From the NCBI GenBank assembly GCA_038108555.1, contig JAYNIA010000053.1:1-16700 (forward strand): a stretch of 16,700 nucleotides of DNA, in the 5' to 3' direction. Numbering within the stretch: position 1 is the stretch's first letter; every line of letters starts with the position of its first letter. Under the pieces are notes generated by a model, which saw only the letters and a program-made list of their open reading frames with translations, did no database searches and had not been told where the DNA came from. The DNA is from Nitrospinota bacterium. Its GTDB lineage: Bacteria > Nitrospinota > Nitrospinia > Nitrospinales > VA-1. Shown here in pieces: positions 7,547-15,079 of the stretch. Made by a program: the position numbers and the translations under genes.

Positions 7547-8563
7547 TTATTTACGGACCGTTGCCTTGTAATTTTCGTTCTCGATGCCTAAAGACATTAG
7601 AAATTGCAGCAGGTCCTCTTTTTCATTGTCACTCAAACCTATAGGACTGATAAACGGACTTTTTCTTTGGCTGGCGACTCCTCCCTGATCATAAAACTCA
7701 ATCACTAGTTTCAAGCTAGGCAAACTACCGTCATGCATATAGGGACCGGACAAACTAATTCCACGAAGGCCGGGAGTTTTAAAAGCACCCTCATGAAAAA
7801 TTTCACCGGTCACGTTTTTCCTTCCCTTGTCATGTTTCGATCCACTAATGGACAAACCAATATTGTGAAATTGTTGGTCGGTAAATAAAGGACCACTGTG
7901 ACAGATCGAACACTTGGCTTTTCCAGAAAACAGATCCATTCCTCTTAATGCTGAAGGAGACATTGCTTTTTTATCCCCCTGCCAGAAACGGTCATAAGAA
8001 GTGTCACCCGTAACCAGAGTTCGTTCAAAGGGGGCGATGGCCATGGCTAGCCTTTCGGGAGTTATCCCTGAACTGCCAAATGCCTCTTCAAACAACTTTC
8101 GATATTCAGCCTTGGATATCAGCTCGCGCACCAGGTTTTTCAAGTCCTGGTCCATTTCATTCTTATCCTGGATTGGCATTAAGACCTGCTCCTCTAAAGA
8201 CCCGGCTCTTCCATCCCAAAACAATGTTTTTTGAAATGCAGAATTAAAAATGGTCGGAGAATTTCTTTTTAAAGGCTGCCTTGATATTCCCACCGATTGC
8301 GGCAGTCCATCGGTATAGAATTTTTCGGGCTTATGGCAGGTGGAACAGCTTACCGAATTGTCTCTGGACAAAATTGGATCAAAAAACAACTTTTCTCTTA
8401 ACTCTTCTTTTTCTTTGGACCAGGGATTATTATCTGGGAATTTAACTTCAGGAACGGGTTCATAAACAATCGCACTCACCTGCGTTGAAAAAAACAACAA
8501 ACAGAAAAAAGTAAAGTTTAAAATAAAGCCAGCTTTAATAACTTTTTGAAAACTTAAAAACAT
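7547..8563 (-). CDS. Periplasmic diheme cytochrome c peroxidase superfamily protein, MauG-like
   Basis: Two CxxCH motifs (CSTCH, CSICH), KLFFDPILS, RNSPT, FWDGRA, FKTPGLR and GPYMHDG. Start moved to ATG 8563 (SD GAGAGG upstream), followed by a signal-like hydrophobic stretch ending VSA. Confidence 0.9.
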   Translation of the reverse strand: MFLSFQKVIKAGFILNFTFFCLLFFSTQVSAIVYEPVPEVKFPDNNPWSKEKEELREKLFFDPILSRDNSVSCSTCHKPEKFYTDGLPQSVGISRQPLKRNSPTIFNSAFQKTLFWDGRAGSLEEQVLMPIQDKNEMDQDLKNLVRELISKAEYRKLFEEAFGSSGITPERLAMAIAPFERTLVTGDTSYDRFWQGDKKAMSPSALRGMDLFSGKAKCSICHSGPLFTDQQFHNIGLSISGSKHDKGRKNVTGEIFHEGAFKTPGLRGISLSGPYMHDGSLPSLKLVIEFYDQGGVASQRKSPFISPIGLSDNEKEDLLQFLMSLGIENENYKATVRK

Positions 8564-8589
8564 AAACCTCTCGCCAAAAAAATGTCCAA

Positions 8590-8598
8590 TGTTATGAT
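8590..8598 (+). promoter_or_regulatory. Extended -10 element (TG-n-TATGAT), likely leaderless promoter
   Basis: TGTTATGAT ends 6 nt before ATG 8605, and there is no SD upstream. Confidence 0.4.
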
Positions 8599-8604
8599 AG
8601 TCCC

Positions 8605-9000
8605 ATGATTCTAGGCTTAGACGACATTCCCGGCGGGACCACATTCGCCTCATTTTTGATTTGGTTGATCCTTACAGGCCTTTATTACCTGGTTTGCTAT
8701 TTGGCAGCCCTGAATGTTCTGGACGATGTCACCCGAAACAGTTGGTTGAAAGTACCGGCGATGTTTTGTGCCGCCATTCCCGCAGCAGGTCTCATGGCCG
8801 TGTTTCATTACAAACCTTTCGTATTCGCCATTCTTGTTTCCATCGCAAACTATTTTCGCGTGCAGAAAAAAAATCAGAACCCCAATCTCAAATGGGGAGA
8901 CCTAAAAATCAATACAACCCTTTTTTATCTGGCCAGTTATGGATATATTGGTCTGTTAACCCTGCTGGCATTTTATTTCCCAACACTCACACCAGATTAA
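8605..9000 (+). CDS. Hypothetical small integral membrane protein (about 4 TM)
   Basis: 131-aa ORF with several hydrophobic helices. It fills the space between two - strand genes and does not overlap the corrected peroxidase start. Confidence 0.75.
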   Translation: MILGLDDIPGGTTFASFLIWLILTGLYYLVCYLAALNVLDDVTRNSWLKVPAMFCAAIPAAGLMAVFHYKPFVFAILVSIANYFRVQKKNQNPNLKWGDLKINTTLFYLASYGYIGLLTLLAFYFPTLTPD

Positions 9001-9055
9001 ACAGTCCGTACTAAAAATGGTTCCTGAGTCCCGAAAATATTGCAATAAAAAACTA

Positions 9056-9769
9056 CTATAAATAAGGGAGCCACATGGGGGTTTTGGCGCAGTAGGCCTC
9101 GTATTCTTCGCCAAACTGATCTTTTAAAGCTTTTTCTTCAAAATGGATTCGGTACTGGAAACCAAAAAACGCCAAAAAGGTTCCGATGCCTCCGGCAACC
9201 CAGGAGTGGGTGGTAACCGCATAGGCAAGCACAACCAGCATCATGGCTGTATAGGTAGGATGCCGCATCATTCCGTGCAACTGATCGGTTTTGAGGGTTT
9301 GGCGTTCCCGAAAGGCGATATTAAATTTAAAACGCAGGACACCCAATTGGGCAATTGATATTACTCTCATTGCAGACCCCAGGGAAAAGAGCAACACAAT
9401 CACACATAATTCTATGGTCCCCACCGGGATCACAGTGCTCCTTGAGTAAAATGACATTCCGATTAGGGCAGCGACAATAGGCAAAACATGACCCAATAAT
9501 TGCTGCAAATAACCTTTATTGATTCTTATATCCTCCGGCCTTTCGGTAAGGGTAAAAAATACGACTTCGATGATCCCAAAAATGAGATTGGAAAAAGAAA
9601 CGATTAAAACCCGGTCAAGGGAGGTGCCTTCAAATCCCCATGGGACCAGAGGCAATAAATAAGTCAAACCAACAAGAATGATATTCAAATTGAAATTTTT
9701 AAAGAGGCAAATTAAAAAAAGAGCAAGGAGTAAGCCAAAGTTAATCTGGAGAACGGAAATCGCGGTCAT
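9056..9769 (-). CDS. Isoprenylcysteine carboxyl methyltransferase (ICMT/PEMT) family membrane methyltransferase
   Basis: C-terminal motifs LKTDQLHGMMRHPTY and RIHFEEKALKDQFGEEYEAY...TP; multiple TM segments; SD-like GAGGG upstream of the ATG. Confidence 0.82.
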   Translation of the reverse strand: MTAISVLQINFGLLLALFLICLFKNFNLNIILVGLTYLLPLVPWGFEGTSLDRVLIVSFSNLIFGIIEVVFFTLTERPEDIRINKGYLQQLLGHVLPIVAALIGMSFYSRSTVIPVGTIELCVIVLLFSLGSAMRVISIAQLGVLRFKFNIAFRERQTLKTDQLHGMMRHPTYTAMMLVVLAYAVTTHSWVAGGIGTFLAFFGFQYRIHFEEKALKDQFGEEYEAYCAKTPMWLPYL

Positions 9770-9916
9770 TAATCCCTCTTACAGCCATTAAAATACAAAC
9801 AATTAGTCCTATATTCCCTGCCCTGCAAAAATGGAGAATATTTTTCTGGAAAAAGGTATTCTACTGTTTTTCATAGCATTTTTATTATAAAATAAGAAAA
9901 ACTGTATACCCCTTTT

Positions 9917-9937
9917 ACATTTCGAATCTTGAAATGT
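9917..9937. promoter_or_regulatory. 7-7-7 inverted repeat, candidate operator
   Basis: ACATTTC-GAATCTT-GAAATGT in the divergent intergenic region between the methyltransferase and the reductase. It overlaps a TTGAAA hexamer. Confidence 0.3.
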
Positions 9938-10054
9938 CTAAATCGGCAATATAAATAAACTTAATCGGGAACAGAGGCATATTGAATTCGGGGTCATCCC
10001 TTCCAAGATCAAGCTTTATTCCCAAGTAGTTATAGAAAAGAATTGAGGAAAGTA

Positions 10055-12433
10055 ATGGATGCAAAAACACTAAATATTCCAGAAGAGGTCAAGCGTGAAA
10101 TCGAAACCTTCGCCGCAGAAGTCGAACGTTTGAACCGGGGCGAAGTAAACGATGATGATTTTAAAAGGTTCCGCCTGCAACAGGGGATCTATGGTCAAAG
10201 GCAGGATGGTGAACAAATGGTTCGAACCAAACTGCCTGCCGGGAAAATTACCAGTGAACAAATGCGGTGTTTGGCTGACTTTGCCGAAAAATACTCGCAC
10301 GGAATTTTGCACATCACGACCCGTCAAGATATCCAATTACATTACGTCAAGATTAACGATGTGCCACAAGGCCTTGAGGATCTTGCCCAGGCGGGGATCA
10401 CAACCCGTGAAGCTTGTGGGAATACGGTTAGAAACGTTACTGCCTGCCATAAAGCTGGAACCTGTGCCACAGAAGTGTTTGATGTAACACCTTATGCCCT
10501 TGCCGTTTCAAAATATCTTTTAAGGAAAGATTTAACCCAGAATCTTCCCAGGAAATTCAAGATCAGTTTTGGAGGGTGCAATGGTTGTGGATTGGCCCCC
10601 ATTCACGACATTGGGCTGAAAGCAGTAATAAAAAATGAAAACGGGAAAGAAGTTCGAGGTTTCCGCGCCCTCATAGGTGGCGGACTGGGCTCCTTCCCAC
10701 ATTCGGCTTTACCATTAACCGATTTCATCCCTGCAGACCAATTACTGCGTATGTGTGAAGCCCTTGTAGCTGTGTTTGACAAGCACGGAGACAAGAAGAA
10801 TCGAAATAAAGCACGATTCAAGTTTGTTCTGGAAAAACTGGGACTGGAAAAAGTCAAAGAGCTGTACGATGAAGAGTTCGCAGCCTTGGAAGGAAACACC
10901 TTTGCCCCCATCAATACGGATGAAGAAGATAATCCTTCTATTCCCGAATTCAAGCCAGTGGATTGTGGAGATGATCCTGAGTTCCAACTTTGGAAAAACA
11001 GGAATATTGAAGTGCAAAAACAAAGCGAGTTCCACAATGTACAAATCAAACTGATCCTGGGAGATTTCACCATCCCTCAAGCCCGGGCCTTAGCAGATAT
11101 CGCTGAAAATTTTGCAGGCGGAAAAATGGTTGCAACAGTCAATCAGAACTTGATGATTCCCTGGGTTCAGGAACAGGCCTTTGGAAACCTGTATACCGAG
11201 TTGAAGAAAATCGGCCTTCACAAAGCGGGAACGGAAGAAATTCGTGATATCACCTGTTGCCCAGGCTCTGAAACCTGCAACCTCGGTATCACCGCATCAC
11301 GGGGATTGGTAGATAAATTGCATAAGGAAATGGAAAACGGCTTCCAGCCTACAAAGGATCTGGATCATATTTCCATTAAAGCAAGCGGCTGCCCCAACTC
11401 CTGTGGACAACATCATATTGCGTCGATAGGGTTTCATGGTGGAGCAAAAAAATTAAATGGCATCCTGACCCCCCATTACGAAGTCTTGCTGGGAGGTAGG
11501 GTGACAGAAGATAAAGCGATATTTGGGACCTCGGTCATCAAGATACCCGCAAAAAATGCTCCTGAGGCAATGAAAATCTCCATCAACGATTACAAAAGCA
11601 ACAAACAGGGCAATGAAACCTTTGGGGAATATTTTGACCGTATGGGGAAAGGTCATTTCCGGGAGCTGTTAGACCCACTCAAAGACCTCCCGGATATAGA
11701 AAAATCACCTGAATCTTACATTGATTATGGTACGACTGAAAAATTCAGTCTGGAAGATCGAGGTCAAGGGGAATGTGCCGGAGCGGTTACCGATATGATC
11801 ACCGACCGAATCACAGAGGCCGAACGCGCCCATTTTCAGGGCAAGTTATCCCTTGAGAAAAATTCCATCAAAGATGCGGGAGACCATGCCCGTAGAAGCG
11901 TCATTGCCTCGGCTCGTGCATTATTGGTTACAGAAGGTATGGACTTCAATGATGATTGGGAATGTCTTAAAAAGTTCCAGTCTCTCGTAATTGATATGGA
12001 AATTGTTTCGGCCAAGTTTGCCAAGCTCATTGACAATTTTGAGGAAAATTCTGAAGCCACTGATGAAAAAACTGCAAGTTGGTGGATAACCGAAGCGGGT
12101 GAGCTGGTTGAGGAGTGCAAAGGGGTCCAGGAAAAAATGCAGTCGGACAAATCACTCCGCATACGTGTGGGTGGTGATGACCCCAAAGAAAAAGCAAACG
12201 GGTCGGGAAAAACTTCGGCAAGCATTGACCTGCTGGGAGTTAAGTGTCCCTTCAATTACGTTAAAACAAAAATCAAACTGGAAACAATGGCTTCAGGAAG
12301 CATACTCGAAGTATTGCTGGATGATGGGGAACCATCAGAAAATGTACCCAAAAGTATTAAAAACGATGGGCATAAAGTCATCTCTCTTGTTGAAGAACAG
12401 GGTCATTACAAACTGACCATAGAAAAGGCTTAA
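10055..12433 (+). CDS. Ferredoxin-type siroheme-[4Fe-4S] sulfite/nitrite reductase with C-terminal HEPN-like and TusA/SirA domains
   Basis: RLQQGIYGQRQ, HITTRQDIQLH, REACGNTVRNV and LPRKFK motifs; cluster ligands CPGSETC...SGCPNSCGQH; C-terminal IDLLGVKCPFNYVKTK...LEVLLDDGEP (TusA). ATG 10055 is preceded by GAGGA at 10045-10049. Confidence 0.9.
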   Translation: MDAKTLNIPEEVKREIETFAAEVERLNRGEVNDDDFKRFRLQQGIYGQRQDGEQMVRTKLPAGKITSEQMRCLADFAEKYSHGILHITTRQDIQLHYVKINDVPQGLEDLAQAGITTREACGNTVRNVTACHKAGTCATEVFDVTPYALAVSKYLLRKDLTQNLPRKFKISFGGCNGCGLAPIHDIGLKAVIKNENGKEVRGFRALIGGGLGSFPHSALPLTDFIPADQLLRMCEALVAVFDKHGDKKNRNKARFKFVLEKLGLEKVKELYDEEFAALEGNTFAPINTDEEDNPSIPEFKPVDCGDDPEFQLWKNRNIEVQKQSEFHNVQIKLILGDFTIPQARALADIAENFAGGKMVATVNQNLMIPWVQEQAFGNLYTELKKIGLHKAGTEEIRDITCCPGSETCNLGITASRGLVDKLHKEMENGFQPTKDLDHISIKASGCPNSCGQHHIASIGFHGGAKKLNGILTPHYEVLLGGRVTEDKAIFGTSVIKIPAKNAPEAMKISINDYKSNKQGNETFGEYFDRMGKGHFRELLDPLKDLPDIEKSPESYIDYGTTEKFSLEDRGQGECAGAVTDMITDRITEAERAHFQGKLSLEKNSIKDAGDHARRSVIASARALLVTEGMDFNDDWECLKKFQSLVIDMEIVSAKFAKLIDNFEENSEATDEKTASWWITEAGELVEECKGVQEKMQSDKSLRIRVGGDDPKEKANGSGKTSASIDLLGVKCPFNYVKTKIKLETMASGSILEVLLDDGEPSENVPKSIKNDGHKVISLVEEQGHYKLTIEKA

Positions 12434-12439
12434 GAATTA

Positions 12440-13321
12440 ATGCTCATCAGCATGACCGGGTTTGGCCGGGCGGAATGCCAAAAGGACGACTACACTTATC
12501 AAGCAGAGGTTAGGTCGGTCAACAACCGCTTTATTGAAATAAACACCCGCCTGCCCAAAGCCTATATGGACCTGGAGCAACCTTTAAAGAAACTTATAAA
12601 GACCTACTGCTCCAGAGGTTCAATCAGCCTGACCATCAGCATAGGTAATTCCAACGAAAATACAGGGGAGTGGGAAATAAAGCCCAACCTGCCGCTTGCC
12701 AACCAATATTTAACTGCCTTAAACGAAATTCGTGATTCTCTAAAGCTGGAAGGAGAGATCGATCTAAAGTCAGTTGTAGGAATCCGCGATATCATTAAAA
12801 TAGAACCTTTACCCGTTGATCCGGCAAAGCATGAACTGATTATTAACATAGCCAAAGAAGCCTTATCCTCTCTTCAGAAAATGAGAGAAGAAGAAGGTGA
12901 AAACCTTCAAAAGGACTTGTCAAAAAGAATCGATGCAATAGAAAAACATGCTGCAGACATTGAATCTCGGCACCCGGAAGTCATCAAGGAGTATCAAAAT
13001 CGGCTTAAAGAAAAAATCAAGAACCTCAGCGTAGATCTGGATCCTGATGAATCCCGTCTCGCACAGGAAGCGGCTATTTTGGCCGACCGGTGCGATGTAA
13101 CAGAAGAAATCACCCGGCTGAGAAGTCACTTGGACCAGTTCAGGAATTTTTTCAATACCGACCAACCCATCGGACGCAAACTGGAATTCATTACGCAGGA
13201 AATAAATCGAGAAGTAAATACCACAGGTTCAAAATCAAGCGATATCACTATTTCCAATAAGGTCATTGAAATTAAAAGTGAGCTCGAAAAAATAAGGGAA
13301 CAGGTTCAAAACATTGAATAA
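12440..13321 (+). CDS. yicC: YicC/YloC family endoribonuclease
   Basis: SMTGFGR, EVRSVNNRF, RGSI, DVTEEITRL.SH, GRKLEFITQEINRE.NT.GSKS and EKIREQVQNIE motifs; upstream of gmk as is typical. Confidence 0.95.
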   Translation: MLISMTGFGRAECQKDDYTYQAEVRSVNNRFIEINTRLPKAYMDLEQPLKKLIKTYCSRGSISLTISIGNSNENTGEWEIKPNLPLANQYLTALNEIRDSLKLEGEIDLKSVVGIRDIIKIEPLPVDPAKHELIINIAKEALSSLQKMREEEGENLQKDLSKRIDAIEKHAADIESRHPEVIKEYQNRLKEKIKNLSVDLDPDESRLAQEAAILADRCDVTEEITRLRSHLDQFRNFFNTDQPIGRKLEFITQEINREVNTTGSKSSDITISNKVIEIKSELEKIREQVQNIE

Positions 13322-13366
13322 GTTGATTTGCAAAAAGGGATTAAACATTTACAGGATTAACGCCAA

Positions 13367-13981
13367 ATGAAAAACGAAGGTCTTCCTATCATCATTTCTG
13401 CTCCCTCGGGAACTGGAAAGACAACCACCTGTAAGATGCTAAAAGAACGCCTGCCAAATCTAAAAATAGCAACTTCGCATACAACAAGAAAAATCCGAAA
13501 TGGTGAGTGTCCGGGAGTCGATTATTTTTTCATTTCGAAAGAAGAATTCGAAACGAAAAAAAACAATAATGATTTTTTGGAATGGGCCCAAGTCCACACC
13601 GAATATTACGGAACGTCATTCGAGATAATAGAAAAACACCAAAAAGAGGGTTTAGACATCTTGTTGGAGCTTGATGTTCAAGGCGTGGATTCCCTCCGTA
13701 ATATGGATTTTAAGGGAATCTACATCCTGATCCTTCCGCCCTCCATCGAAGAAATGACCAAACGACTCAGAAAGAGAGGAACGGAAACAGAAGAAAGCAT
13801 TGAAAGGCGTCTCAAAACAGGTAAGGAAGAAATTAAAAGTTATAAGAAATATGATTTTGTCATCACAAATTTTGAGGTCGAGGAAACCGTAGAATCTATC
13901 GTTTCAATTGTCCGCGCAGAAAAGTCTCGTGTGGACAGGTATATTCCCACCTCAGAAGATATTAAAGAGCTACTGGAATAA
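13367..13981 (+). CDS. gmk: Guanylate kinase
   Basis: ISAPSGTGKTT P-loop, SHTTR..R.GE..GVDYFF, FLEWAQVH..YYGT and LELDVQG. Confidence 0.96.
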   Translation: MKNEGLPIIISAPSGTGKTTTCKMLKERLPNLKIATSHTTRKIRNGECPGVDYFFISKEEFETKKNNNDFLEWAQVHTEYYGTSFEIIEKHQKEGLDILLELDVQGVDSLRNMDFKGIYILILPPSIEEMTKRLRKRGTETEESIERRLKTGKEEIKSYKKYDFVITNFEVEETVESIVSIVRAEKSRVDRYIPTSEDIKELLE

Positions 13982-13987
13982 ATTAAA

Positions 13988-15058
13988 ATGTCGCAAATCG
14001 ACCTCATCGATCTGGTGAGTGACAAAGTTAAAAGCCTTAAAGCCTATCAGGTTGAAACGGTTGCCGAGGGAATAAAACTTCACGCAAATGAAAACCCCTA
14101 CCCGCCCTCTCCCGAATTATCAAAAAAAATTCAGGATCGTTTGGGAAAACTGGACCTCAACCGCTATCCCGATCCAGACAGCAAAACACTGAAAGAGGCC
14201 ATATCACATCGTATTGATGTACCCGAGAACCAAATTGTGATTGGGAATGGGTCGGACGAGCTCATTCAGTGTTTGATGCAGGTTTTTTGTGATGAGGGAG
14301 ATGTTGTCGCTTTCCCGGAACCCACTTTTGCCATGTACGCCATCATGGCAAAAGGAATGGGTTTGAAAATACAGACGTTTCCTTTGAACAACAAATGGGA
14401 TTTTGAAGCAGGCCCGATCATTGAAAAGCTGACCACAAATCAGGCGCGCATCATATTCATAAGCTATCCCAACAACCCAACAGGGAATTGTTTTTCAAGA
14501 AAAGAGATTCAGGAGCTCATCGAAAATTTCAAGGGCATTGTCGTATTGGATGAAGCCTATTTTGATTTTTCAGATCTCACTTTTCTAAATCAAATGCAGG
14601 AACATAACAATCTGGTTATTCTAAGGAGTTTATCCAAGATCGGGCTTGCAGGGCTGCGGGTGGGGTATGGGGTATTCCCCCCCATGCTGGCAAATGAAAT
14701 AAATAAAGTACGCCTCCCCTATAATTCCAACTCGATTTCACAAATTGCAGCAACCGAGTTATTAAATAACTTCTCTCTTGTACAAAAACAAATCGATTCC
14801 ATAAAGGAGGAGCGGGTTCGGGTTACCGAGGAGTTATCAAAAATAGAAAGCATAAAATCCTTTCCCTCAGATGCAAATTTCATTTTGTTTCAGGTATCCG
14901 AAAACGGGGAAAAAGTTTTTAGAAATCTAATGGATAACGGCATTCTTGTCAGATATTTGGGCACTCATCCCATGCTAAAAAATTGCCTCCGTGTTACAAT
15001 AGGAACTCGAGAAGAAAATGATCAATTTCTGGACCGGTTGAAGCTAACAGTAGAATAG
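13988..15058 (+). CDS. hisC: Histidinol-phosphate aminotransferase
   Basis: LHANENP, NRYPD, GNGSDELI, PNNPTG, DEAY, PLP-lysine motif RSLSKIGLAGLRVGY and LRVTIGT..EN. Confidence 0.93.
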   Translation: MSQIDLIDLVSDKVKSLKAYQVETVAEGIKLHANENPYPPSPELSKKIQDRLGKLDLNRYPDPDSKTLKEAISHRIDVPENQIVIGNGSDELIQCLMQVFCDEGDVVAFPEPTFAMYAIMAKGMGLKIQTFPLNNKWDFEAGPIIEKLTTNQARIIFISYPNNPTGNCFSRKEIQELIENFKGIVVLDEAYFDFSDLTFLNQMQEHNNLVILRSLSKIGLAGLRVGYGVFPPMLANEINKVRLPYNSNSISQIAATELLNNFSLVQKQIDSIKEERVRVTEELSKIESIKSFPSDANFILFQVSENGEKVFRNLMDNGILVRYLGTHPMLKNCLRVTIGTREENDQFLDRLKLTVE

Positions 15059-15079
15059 TGGATACCCGATGGAATTTAA

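Noticed and set aside
8564..8653. 30-aa N-terminal extension of the peroxidase ORF
   Set aside because: It would overlap the divergent gene. ATG 8563 has a good SD and is followed by a signal-like sequence.
8661..9014. Alternative-frame 117-aa ORF
   Set aside because: It overlaps the 8605..9000 membrane protein on the same strand and its composition looks non-coding.
9904..9918. NtcA-like site upstream of the reductase
   Set aside because: The spacing is GTA-N9-TAC rather than N8, and nothing here indicates a cyanobacterial host.
11790..12150. HEPN-like domain as an RNase toxin or defence module
   Set aside because: There is no RxxxxH catalytic motif and no adjacent nucleotidyltransferase; the domain is embedded in a metabolic enzyme.
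10070..13165. Multiple antisense or alternative-frame ORFs within the reductase and yicC
   Set aside because: They are shadows of strongly supported genes and lack motifs.
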